64,000 bases of DNA from Gnetum montanum (Eukaryota > Plantae > Gnetophyta): contig MNCI01000527.1 of assembly GCA_015680685.1 (NCBI GenBank), positions 1 to 64,000 of the forward strand, given 5' to 3'. Below are positions 40,068 to 53,090 of the stretch, piece after piece. Within the stretch, counting starts at the first letter, position 1. Each line of letters starts with the position of its first letter. A program made the position numbers and the translations under genes. The notes below the pieces were generated by a model. It ran no database searches, was not told the DNA's origin, and saw only the letters and a list, made by a program, of their open reading frames with translations.

Positions 40068-43000
40068 AATGTCTTTTAGCCAATCAACCATTCTACCCTT
40101 CAACTTCACTAACAATGATTCCAACCAACAAGCTATGAGTGTATATGACCCCAAGGACCCTACCATGATCGAGTGTAGATAGTCCTTGAGGCTTATGGGA
40201 TGGAGTACTAATTTCTCAGTCATAAATGAAGAGCACTACAACTTCATTTATGCCAAGATTTAGGTTGGCATGTTGATTCCTTGCATGAAATAAGAATCCA
40301 AGAGGGAATTCAAACTTATACAATGCAATGGGAAGTAATATATTCCTTTTCCATATTACCAAATACCCCTCAATGAAACTCATGCATGTATCCTATCTCA
40401 ATTAATTAAGATGGATGAGGCAAATGGGAAGGCTAGTTTAGATGAGCAACAAGAGAAAGAGGATGAGTTTAGGGCAAAATCCAAACATGAAAACATCCTA
40501 GGTGGGTTGTTTCAACAAGCAACCCCCAAGGCCATAGTACCTACCCCCATCCTCCTCACCTCCTTCATGGAACAAATGCCCTAATTCTATACCACTTCTT
40601 CTTGATCATGTTCAAACCCACACTAGTCATAGCCATGCATCAAACATAATTGATGTCATGATCCACAACATTCCACTTTCCATGTCATTTGCTACTTAAC
40701 CTAGGTTAGTACAACCATCACCCATGGTGGTTATCACCATCAATCCTCTAATCAACCAAAAGGGATCCACCACAAGATCCCAAGTAACCCAAGGATCACA
40801 TACACCTTTCATTTCATTTATGCCCTAGATACTAGTACAATCCTCTTATTATTTCTTTGGCCTATCCACTACCATGATAATGTAACCTCTTCCCTTGATG
40901 CTACAGTAAATAGTAAGGTCACAAGCCTTCCAACAGATACCAAAATCCTTCGTGTAGACTCCACAAACAACATGGGCACCCTAGGACCTAGATCAAGCCT
41001 TCTAAATGATCCAAGACCTAATAGAAAAGTTGAAGAAGCTTAAGATCTTTAAATCTAAAACTATTAAAGTCATGAACTTCTACTAAGATAATCTCATCAA
41101 TCCTATGGTTCTACCTTAAATGCTTCCTATGGGTATCCCCATTTTTTAGTTTACAAAATACAATGCCAAAGGCGATCCTAACATCCACCTAATAACCTTC
41201 CACTCAGAGTACTTATTGTTACAAGCCCAGTTGCACCTGCTCATGAGAATATTCCCTATGTACCTTATAGGAAAAGTGCTTGACTAGTACGATGCCTTAC
41301 CAAGAGGATCTATATGATCTCTTGAAGACTTAATTGCACAAATCATTAACTGCTTCAAGTACAACCTGAAGCCCAACACCATCCTTGACTAGCTAATGAA
41401 GGTCAAGCAAGGACCTCTTAAACCAGTGTAGAAACTCATCTAATGATGGAAAGGTCCTCTTAATGAGATACTGGAGCCAATAGTTGAAACACACTTTTTA
41501 GCTATTTTTAAGGAGGTGGTTAATATTTCATTAAGTCCAAACTGTACTATCTTGATTTGCGGTCACTAAGTCAAACCTTGTCTCGAACAAAAAACATAAA
41601 GGATGTTTCAAAGGCTAGCCATGACCCTACCTACATGGCACACAAGAGCCAACATAGATGAAGAGATAAGGAGAGGCATAAGCAGAACAATGTGGCAATG
41701 GAAATGATGGCCAAGGAAATAAAGATAACCAATCAAGGGCCAAGAACTAATCAACCTAAGTTCCTTGCTAACAACAAAAATAACCAACCCTCAACATCTA
41801 CGGCCACTACATAAAAAAACCTCTAGATCTAAATTTAAGTAGAAACACTAGATGAAACACACTAGGTTGCCTCTTAAACCATTTGAACTCTTAGATTAAC
41901 TAAGGATCCAATGCAAGAAGATGACTGAAAATGCCCGCAATAGGCATGAGAAGCTATGTGAAATAGCCAAGGATCCTACTCAAGAAGCTAAAAATGATCC
42001 TTAGGTACCCCAAGTATTTAAAGCTTGCTCACTTTTGCAACTATCATCAATTTCCCAGTCATGTCATTGACTACTGCCTTATGCTAAAGGATGACCTACA
42101 AAAGATGATAAATAAGGGCAAGTTGGTTCTAAATGCTTTGAACCTTGTTAGACCTTAGAAACAATTGATGCATATGTACAAAGATCCATTGAACACCAAC
42201 AACAACTCATACATCATATTAGCATTCAATGTTGATGATAATTGAAGGCCTGTGACAAAAGGGGCTCTTCAACTTCCACTAGCTTAAGACCCACTTCTGT
42301 TATAAGGATACCATTATTGACATCCCCCAAAAAGCCCTTCATCATCAAGGTACCCTAGCCAATTACAATTAAACCTACCCCTATAATTGAATGACATCCC
42401 ATGGTGGCTAATGTCACAACCTCTTCCTCATAAAAAATCAACGACAACCAAAAGGCCTCAACTAAGCAAAGGAAGAAGCCTAAGCAAAAGCTTAACAACA
42501 AGGATGATAGGTAGGCTAAGGCATAGAGGGAAGTGTGCCCACTGAAGCACACTCCCCTATCATCAATACCCATGACCTCATTAACCCAGGCTAGTTCAAC
42601 AAGTAAACCATAGGAGGATCCTAAGAGCTAAGAGAAAAAGAAAGAGGAGAGACCACAACAAAAATCCAAAAATGAAGTGCACATTTTGGGGTGCATGGAA
42701 AATTTTTTGCAAAACTAGGATGACAAGTCCACAGCCAATGATAAAAACTTCCTAAGTGCAATGAAGTAGGTCAAGCAATCTCTAACATAGAAAAACACAA
42801 CCTTGAGTCTGTATGACTTAGTTATGACTTCTACTACATCGTGAAGCACTAGTTAAGATGTTGACTTCTATCTTTGTTAGTGAGGATATTCTTACTAGTG
42901 AAGAATCCATCCATGTGGTGATGGTATCTTCTTCACCCGAGTGAGACCAACTATCACTAGTGTTTCCCGATAGCAAAATCAAGACAACCCCCTAGAATAG

Positions 43001-43620
43001 CAAGGTAACCAAGGTGCCCCTCTTTATAACCATACAGGTAGGATAATACAAGGAGCATAGAGGGCATGTAGATGATGGGGCAATAAAAAATGTCATATAT
43101 TATACCATCATTAAACATTTGGACCTAACAGAACAAATGCAACACATGTTGACCTCAACCCTCAAATCCTTCAACAAATCACAGGTTGCGATCAAATTCT
43201 TTATTTCTTTAGATTCTATGGCAAGAGAACAATTCCCCATAATAGTAAATTTCTTGATCATAGAGGAAACATAAGGATTCAACCTCATCCTAGGAAGACA
43301 TTGGCTAGCTCAATTGCAAGTTGTGTCTTCACCTATCCACCAAGAAATTCACCTACCTTACAAGGGATTTGAAATAATCATTCACGATCATAGTTCCGTC
43401 CCTTTAGTAATTAATAACATTGATGTAGAATAAGGTTCTAAAGTAGAGTTTTAGGAAGAAACTCCAACTATTTGCCACAAAATGGAAGAAGAAAATAGAT
43501 TAGAGGAGGCCAAGATGAATAATGATGAACTTATTAATGTGTCATGGGGAGAGCTCCCCTTCAACATTATCAATGTAGGAGATGAGGAATATAAACTTGT
43601 GTAAAATAGGTCATATACAT
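40068..43620 (+). pseudogene. gag: Degenerate gag-protease of element C
   Basis: KYNAKGDPNIHL capsid motif (~41157), protease HVDDGAIKNV (~43065), and FNLILGRHWL...VVSSPIHQ (~43280-43345). Many stops. Confidence 0.75.
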
Positions 43621-43971
43621 TTCCTAATCTCTTGAAGATCAGGAAGCACTTACACAAATGATGTATGCTCCTGATCTTTCTCATAGCCTATGTGCTTACA
43701 ACTCTATAACTATATGTACTTATAGCCTGATAGCCTAGTCTACACTTTTCTTATTTATGTCATTTCATTTATCCTTACCTTAAATTCAAAGTTGCATATA
43801 GCTTAAAGTTTACTTCTATTTTACATTCTTTTTACTTTTAAAGCCCTTTCTTTTCTTTTCTCCTTTCTCACAAAAACAAAAAATGTCATAAAAACTTTAA
43901 AACTAAAAAAATCCATAAATTTTTAAAAACATAAAATAAACAAAAATTATGTTTTCTTTTATTAGTATGAT

Positions 43972-44240
43972 CCACCATGGCCTTAAATTGGCAAATATTG
44001 CATGGCCCGCCATGGCCTTAAACTAGCAAATACTACATGGCCCACCATGGCCTTGAACTAGCAAATACTATATGGCCCACAATGGCCTTACATTGGCAAA
44101 TACCACATGTCCTACCATGGCCTTAAATTAGCAAATACGACATGGCCTATCATGGACTCAAACTAGCAAATACCACACAACCCATCATGGCCTTAAACTG
44201 GAAAATACCACATGGCCTACCATGGCCTAAAACTAGCAAG
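43972..44240 (+). repeat. ~35-bp minisatellite CCACCATGGCCTTAAACTAGCAAATACCACATGGC
   Basis: About 8 tandem units; related units occur at 52810-52865 and 8410-8525. Confidence 0.85.
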
Positions 44241-44569
44241 AAACCTTATAATTCATTTCAGTTCTAGTTTACAACCTTGTTACCTAGCCATTTAAATCTT
44301 TTTATTACATTATGACACTATAGCTAGTTTAGCCAACATAGCCTTAAAACATAGATTACAATGTGAAACCATAATAAAACAATATAACCAACTAAAACTT
44401 AAAATTAAAACCTCTATAATGTAATAACTTTAGCCACATAATGTGGTGAAAATGGCTAAATAATAAACCATCAAACAATAAACTATCTCCAACTAACTAA
44501 TTGGATAACATTACCATACATCATCAAAGATAAAATCAAATCAAAAAATGATAATTAAAACTAGTAATC

Positions 44570-47500
44570 ATAATAAGTGGCAACTAGGTGATGCTAAGGA
44601 GCATTTGGAGGAGGGAGTGGAGCATTGTTTCCATTATTCATCGCTAGGGCCACTACCATCATCTAGTGCCTCTAACATGATTACACTAAAAATAGATTAG
44701 TAACCAATGCACATCAAACCAAAATTAATAACTTAAAACATAATAAAATCAAAACTAAAACAAGAAAATCTAAGATGGTTCCAATGTTGCATGTTCTGTG
44801 GGGAAGTTCTAAAGACCAATTTCTAGATAGTGTAGGAACTAATCTTTAGACATGTTAGCCTAGTTTATATCCCCAAGATTAATACCCATGAGGATTTTAC
44901 TCCTGTCAATGTCACTGGTGGCTCATGCAAAAACATGACAATGGTTACCTCCCCTAAGTTAGTAGTGATATGGGGAAGTTAGCTACAACCACATTGTTTG
45001 CAAACATCTTATAAGTATCATTTGCATTGATCCCCATCATGAATAACTCTAGCCATTTTTGTTCCATAGAATCCTCCTATAGCCATTTGAGGTAGGCATC
45101 TTGCTTGGCCTTATACATCCTCTTGTGATCCTTTTGTGTTCGACCCAACTAAAGGACCCAAGTGTAATAATCCTTTTACTCACTAGCCTTCTAGTTTATT
45201 AAATCTATCTAAAGCTTCTATTCTACTACCTCTCTAGCAAGGGCAACCTTGCCATGGATCACACTCCAATAGTAAACCCAAGTTATCTCCTTTGTGCACA
45301 AGAAGTCCCTATTGGTCACTTGGACCTTCATGAACTTCTTGTGATCCTTGATATTCTTTACTTCCTCCTTCAGCTCCTTTTTCTCTTTCTTTAATGCCAA
45401 AACTTATTTCCATAGGAACTTGTTTGAGCATCTACATTTCCACAAAGATTTGGCACATGAGAGTGCACATCCAGTGGCACCCTCATACAACCTACATGGG
45501 ACATTTTTTACATTGGGAGGTAAGCTAGGTAGTGCGGTAACCTCTACGGACTGGTTAGGATCCCATCTCAATTTAGGCACTATAAGCAACATAAAACAAC
45601 AAAATCCAACAACTAAAACTAGTTGATAACCAAAAATGAAAAGATAATAAAAATTACATAACCATAGAACCATATGAAAACCAAAAACATGTAAGAAATA
45701 AAGGCAAATGGGTTAGAACTCTTACCAACTTTAGGAGCTATCTTTTGCAACTAGTTAATCATGTCTTTAGCTTTAGCTCACATGAATTCAAACTTATCTG
45801 GGGTATCCACCCATGCTTGCATGTGGAAGATGGAAGTGGAAGATTTGTCCTAAGGCTCTGAAGCTACACGACAAGCATAATAAATAATCAACAACTATAG
45901 CCAAGGTCAAACATGAACCAATGAAGAATAATACGTACAACATATAAAACCAAAAATCATAAGCACCTAAGAGACCCTTAGATGTGATGGTAAGGGTTCA
46001 CCTAGTTGTAGGTCCTTGAACAAGGCATCAAAGTTATCCAAGGGAGCATTGGGTAGACCCTCATTCTCCTAGTGTTGCAATGCCTCATCCTCATAATGTT
46101 GTAATACCTCCTCTTCTTGGTGTCACAATTCCTTCTCCTATTGATTCCTTCATTCCACTTCAACCACTACTATTGCTACCATGGCCTCTTGCTCCTATTG
46201 CTTATTTGCAAGAACACCAATCATAAAATAATAGAACAACTTAGCACATTTTACCTTAGATAAAACCATAACTAAATCATATAACCTTGAAACAAATTAA
46301 ATTATAATAAAAAATGTACCTCTAACATCATGTTGAACCCCTCAAAGCTTGAGATCAATCTCCTCTTCAAGGGCTCCTTGATCACTGGTGCTATCACATC
46401 TACTAGTAGCCTCTTAAGTTTTTCTCTAGTGGAATGCTCAAATTTGGCAAGTAACTTTTTAGCCTTTTTTATGTTCCCATGATCAATGTGGGGCTCCCTC
46501 TATCAAGGGATGCATAACATGTACCATCAATCCCTATGCTGGTAATGGAAAGCAATTCACCCACACCTTCCAATGGATCCTCGACCTTTGTGTTTGAAAT
46601 AAGATACCTCATCTAAGACTTGGTGAGTTTGGATGGGTCTTGGGTTATCCATCACTCAGCCTTCTTCACCATGATTAACTCTACAAACCTTCAAAAATAA
46701 GCTACAAAAAGTGCAAAATGCATATGACACTTCACCCTAAGGTTGTTACAGAGCTTTAGGATTTCCCACTACAACCAAAAAACCAAATGATCATTCCAAT
46801 TAAATCAAGAATCCTCAATGAGAATCCACTTCATGGTCCAAGTTTGTTCCATGTCCATGATCTTCCCACAATAACAACTTAGGATGCACAAGGGATCAAA
46901 ATAGGGGATACATCTCCCTAGCCTCTAAAACCTAGAACTAGCTTGAAGAGAGACCCTTAGAGCTATAGTGAGTGTTTAACCACTCCTCCACTTTCTCTTA
47001 GTGCTCCAATTCCTTCCCTACTCTGGTGACAATTACTATGTCCTCATTAAGGACACCAAAGAGGTTACTGAAGGTGGATTCATTAACATCCAAGACCATA
47101 ATCACACCATGAACATGAGTATCGAACCTACTAACTCCTTTGCTAAAGGAATCAATGATGTTCAATGTCTCCACAGTAGGAACGATTAGGCTTAGGATAA
47201 TGAAGAGATCAAACAGGCCCAAATCAATGATTCTCACTCAAATAGCCTCAAATTCTTGATTAGGCAACCAGTTCTATGTGAGTTCCACCTCATCAAATTT
47301 GAAGATCAAGGTCTCTACAATGCATCCTAATGTAATAACCATAACTTTAGCTGACAGAGTAACCTCTTTGACATAACAAAAAAAAGGGCCAATTAGTCTT
47401 AACATAGGAGCAGTATGTAAAACAATATATAACAAGCATAGCCAAGATAAAAAAAATAATGCAATCATTTAAACAACCAAAATCAAAATAACTTAATAAC

Positions 47501-49643
47501 TACATAACTACAAAAATGTTGACATAAGAATAACCAAAATCAACAAAAAAAAACACTCACTTCACCTATATGATGTAGTCAAGAGATGGGTTTTCCCACC
47601 AACTATCTATCATCCCATTAGCTAGAAATCTTCTATAGGCCTTTAGGTGGTGTTTGATGCAACTATCAAAGTCACCCGTTAATTGTTCCATTACCGCAAG
47701 CCTCACATTTTCGCTTCTAGTAAACACCTCCAATGCTATGTCAACCATGAGTAAGAGGTTTTCACCTTTGATTAATCCTTGCTCATTCACCCTATACCTA
47801 TAGGTGAGTGAAACAAAAAAAAATCATCATAACTTAACTACATAACAAATAAAAATTAACCATAAATCAAAGATAATAATTGTACTTATCCCTCTATGTG
47901 GTAGATGGTGCATGGAGGGTTTTTAAACAATGTGTGAACATGATGGCCATAATCAAGGTATTTTCCATGTTGTATTGGCTGAAGTTGAGCATCTCCTAAA
48001 TTTTTGATAATTTGTGAGTGCCCACATTGGTTGTGTCATCATTAACCTCAGCATGAACCTCGAGATCATCAACCATGAACTTGATGATCATGCTAAAGGA
48101 GCCCAACAAAAGAATTTTTGTTATGGTAGCCACTATTTTAGACATCAAGTGTGACCAAACGATCACACTAACGTTCTATAATAGATAGGCTAGGAACTTC
48201 TTGGGCCCTCACCTAAACCACAAAGCATAGTGTCCCAAATCCATATTGAGGAGTGGAGTGTTTGGCCCTGGCACATGTATGTAACATAAGAGCTCCACTA
48301 GCTCTATGACCACCAAGATGGGCTTCAAGAATGCCCTGTAATGTTCAACATGTAACTATTATAACCATGTAAACCAAAATTTAAAGCTAAATTACCAAAA
48401 TAATAACAAAATAATGTTAGAAGTACCATGCCAACCTTGTTAGCCTTTATAACCATTCAACATAGAAAGAAACACTTAGGAAAAATGATCAATCCAAGTT
48501 CATGGCCCAAAATTCCACAAGGTGGAATAACAACATTGAAACCAGTAAAAATGGCCATGGGAAATTGCTCATAAAAAATTCAAAAAACTTTGAGCTTAAT
48601 ACAAACCACTTCTAGACCCTCTCCAACACTTTAGCCTATCCCTAGGATCATAGAACATTTATGGAAAAAATTTTCCAAAGTCTCAACGATACCCATCTTC
48701 ATAAGGGTAAATGTGTAGTAACCATAAAACCTTGATTTCATGTTACCTTACGAAAACATCTGTAAATAATAAACCTCTTAACAAAATTTGATGATTCCAC
48801 ATCCATTGGAATTGTAAAACCATGAACTATAACTCCATAATAAGAAAACGTAAAAAATATTAACCAATTTTTCAAAAAAAATTACAAAATGACCTAACCA
48901 TAGCCATCATAGTCAAAACCCACTTTTGCACAAGCTAACAGAAACACCTTTTTGAAGCAAACCATTCATTCAAATTTCATGACTTTACATCTGTTGGAAT
49001 CCTTGAATCATGAACTAAACACTCATAGCAAAAAAAATTTAAAATTCATGACCTTTTACTTTACAAAAAATACCAAACTTATACCAAAAAATATCCAAAA
49101 ACAAAAAATCCACTTAACACAACCTAATGGAAACAACCATAAAAACTTAACCGCAAGATGACATAAAGTGCTTCAAAAATCTAGTTGACTATAAAATAGA
49201 AGGAAATAAATCCATAACCTTATAAAAATTAAAAACATAGCCATTTCCTTAGGAAAAAATTCATAAGTAACGTTACTTTCTCTGATGGAAACAACAAAAA
49301 ACCAATGGAATGCATGGAAAACGCCATTTTTCCCACAACAAACGAAAAACCCAAAACCCAAGAAATGACAAAAATGAATAAACATGACCATAAACTATGC
49401 TATAATTTTTACTAAATCCTAAAATAAACAACACATAAGACTAGATCTGAAAAATGGAATACATGACATAAACCCAATGAATGAAATAGATGTGATAAAT
49501 GGAAAAACAAAATAAACTATGTACCTGGGATAGACTATACTAGAAACTTCTCAAATCATAGGATGAAAAAGGTTTGATAGGCCTTGAGTAGCTACATCAG
49601 CCTCTTCCAACACAGGGTTCTTGGTGGGAGCCTTCTTTTTCAT
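44570..49643 (-). pseudogene. Putative antisense multi-exon accessory gene inside element C (degenerate; product unknown)
   Basis: ATG at 49643 (MKKKAPTKNPVLEE). Coding-like blocks alternate with T-rich blocks on the minus strand. GT donors at 49524, 47560, 46319, 45966 and 45725; AG acceptors at ~48356, 47798, 45864 and 45580. ORF fragments at 47566-47790, 46998-47237 and coiled-coil 45218-45400. Confidence 0.55.
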
Positions 49644-49699
49644 CACGGTGTAGAGAACAAGTGTAGAAAACACTAAGAGCTCTTAGTTTCTAACGGCAC

Positions 49700-52420
49700 T
49701 AGAGTGACTACACTAGTACTGGAAGCAAGAATAGCCTATGACTACATTGGGGCTAGTGATGATGGCAACAATAGAGCTTTGAATTTAAGCACAGCAACTT
49801 GGAAGTATGAATGTGATAATGATTTATGCAAAAGTGAGCCTCAAAAATCCATTTGAACCTTAACACCCACCTTGGAACCCTGGTTTCCATATGAACTCCC
49901 ACTTCACTCAATAATCAAAATTAATAGGTTGGACTATGTTGGGTATGAAGAAGAAATTCCATTCCCAAAATTTCCAACTTCATGTGGGTCCCACTAGGCT
50001 CTATAAAAATAAGTCTATTCCATTACTACATTAGATTTTTAGGCTCCCATGCTTAACTATGTTGGGGGAAGCCTTGGAATATATGACATATTTTCATCCA
50101 CTCCCTAAACCCAATCCTAGGCACTTCATCCCTACCAAAAAAATCCCATGGTTAAGCCAAAAAAGCAATTGCAGACCTAGGCACAAAGTGAGTAGCCAAT
50201 AGACCCCAAAACTCATCCAAAAACTGGTTTCCCATGTGACTACACTATCTTGGAGATAGACTACACTAGTCTAGCATATTCTAATGGGATATGAGGCATT
50301 TCCAACTTTCCAGTAGCCCATCCACCCTAACCATTAACCCATGAAATCCTATACCCAAACCAATAGCTAGGAGTTGAAATATACAATCCCTAGGCACCCA
50401 GATGGCATGAAACTTTACTGCAAACTAGGTTCTTAGTGTGACTACACTAGGCAATAGCATGACTATGCTAGCCTAACATAGTCCATGATGAAATAGATCA
50501 TTCCTAGCCCATACAACCTTCAATTAACTCCAAATTCCCACACCATCTCTCCAAACCCTAGCCAAAGCTCCCAGCAACCTCGAGACTTAGTCAAACTAAA
50601 AAAATGATGCTACAAATTTATCATAGCCCTTTACTACACTGGAGAAACCTAGTGACTACATTGGCCCAGCATAGTCATAGGGTTCAGAGATGGGATTGAT
50701 CATATATACCATGCCAAACCTCTAAAATTTTTCTCAGAGCCTTAACGCCTCCCTAATGCCTTCAGTGATCTTAGAATGATAACTGACCATCCAAAAACCT
50801 CATAAAAATCCATTTCCCAAGTGTAACTACACTAGGAATGTGGTGAATACATTAGGCTAGTGTATTCATAGTAGGTGCCTAGTGTAGTCCACTTAGAACC
50901 TTTAAACAAAGCACTTCTAAGCTCAAATTCACCTCCAAAGACCTCAAGACCATGCTAGACTGCAAAAAAAGGAAAACATTTTTATTTTCCATTCCAAAAC
51001 CTATTTCCCAAGTGTGACTACACTAGGCCAACATAGTTAATGCCAAAACCCAATGTATTCCATCCAAAGTTGATCAAAACTTGCCAAAAATACTCAAATT
51101 CACTTTTGGTGAACTTTGGAATCCTATCAAAGCTAATTTTAAACATATTACTCCATAGTTTTTAGTTCCCATACTAAAACTATGCTGAAGTTTACATGAC
51201 TATGCTAGGCCAGCATAGTTACTAGTGCTATCCACTGTAGTCCATATTTTGGGGCCCAAAACAAGTCAAATCTAATCACCAGAATATCATTTTCAACTAC
51301 AAGATCTTACTAGAACATCTTGAAACCATCAAGCCTTAGGAGTAATCTAGAATTCATAATTTTTCATGCCAAATTCCTTTACTACACTAGAAACTACTAT
51401 GACTATGCTAGGCCAACGTAGTCACTAGTGTAGTCGAGCATAGTCCACTTGGAATAGCTTAAAATAGTTCAAAAACTGCTAAAATTAACTTTTAGAAACA
51501 CCTAGAACCTTGCTGTAACATCTTAAGACCTTGAAATCTTGAAAAACTAGTCAAAATTCATCTCTTATCACCTTTTTTCCACTCAAATCCCTCAACTATG
51601 CTAGGAATTGCATGCCCAGTGTAGTCAGAGGATCTTTCACCTTCCAAGCACCAAGAAAATGTTAAAATTAGAAGTTTTGACACTTAAACTCTAGCCAATA
51701 ACACCAATGATTCTGAAAGCCCATTAGCATAGTTGATTAAACTTGGACATTCACCAAAAATCATTTCCCATGTATAACTATGCCAAGAAATCCTATGACT
51801 ATGCTGGTCTAGCATAGTCATAGTGAAAATTGATTTTGTGGCAATAACAACTAGTGCTATATGCTCCAAAATAGCCCAAAACATATCTAGGAAGCCCAAT
51901 GCCCTACCCCATCTCATGCAGCTACAATTCCACTCCATTTTAGCCTTTCAAATACCAAATTCCACTCAACTACACTAGCACCATGCATGACTATGCTGGA
52001 CCAATGTATTCCAATGGAAAAGGCCATAAAACCTATTTTTGTTGCCCAAATTTGACCTCCAAATAGCCAATCCAGTTCTCCAATCATCCTACACTAATCT
52101 AGGAAATTTCCAGAGTGCTAAGAATAATCTTGGAACCCCATGAGGTGATTTATTCCATGTGACTCTACTAGGGCCTGCTAGCCCAACATAGTCACCAATA
52201 TAAACATATTTCCAACCTTCAAGAAGCATAAAATGGAGTTAAAACTTTCTAATCCTCAATACCCATCCCCTAGGCTAGGTGTCTAGGTCATTGGGAGCCC
52301 AAAATGACCTTACAAAGCCTAAAAAACCACCCATCAATGTCAACTATGTTAGGGAATACATGACTACACTGGGCTAGCGTAGTCACTAGTAGGGCCTAGC
52401 ATAGTCACAAGAAAAAGTAT
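49700..52420. repeat. Dispersed array of inverted motifs GACTACRCTRG / CYAGYRTAGTC
   Basis: Dozens of copies in both orientations, often paired as hairpins, e.g. TGACTACACTGG-G-CTAGCGTAGTCA at 52361-52385. Confidence 0.75.
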
Positions 52421-53090
52421 CACTTTTTCCGTGAAATAGCTATAAAATGACTACCTCATGTGTCCAAACTCCCCCAAAAACCTTATAGCCCCATACCATG
52501 GCCTGCTAAAGCCTAAAATTGGCAAAATCTAATCCTTTTTTTACTAGTATTAACCAAGTTTTATCACATGTATTTCATTCTAATGGATTTGACCTTATTT
52601 CATGATGTTTTACCATGTTTTGGCCTTGTGATGCATTGTTGGCTTTATTACTATTAGTTGACCTCATCTAGCCTCTACATCAGATTAGGTTCATCACATT
52701 TATCTTTGTTTTCTCTATTATGGCCTCTATTGATCCTTGTTTATCCTTTGATTGGCATTAAGTGATGGAGTTTGACCATCTTTGACCATCATTTACCACC
52801 ATGTAACTATGGCTTTCCAAGGCCTTAAACTAGCAACATGGCCTACCAAGGCCTTGAACTAGAAACGTTAACCTTTATGAACCATGCTTGGCCTTATTTC
52901 TAGTGTTTTATGGTGCTTCATTTTGTTTTGACCTTTATTTGGCCTTTTTTCCATCTTGTTTGTCTTCACCTACATTTCATAGCCTTAGTTGATCTTGTTT
53001 GCATTTTCTTTAAAATTGGAATAGCATGTGTTCACATACTCACTAAGGTATTTTATATCATTTTAACTTTATTTACTCATTTTTATCCAA

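Noticed and set aside
43972-44240. ~35-bp repeats that might be taken for a CRISPR array
   Set aside because: Units are head-to-tail without unique spacers, there are no cas genes, and the context is a eukaryotic retrotransposon.
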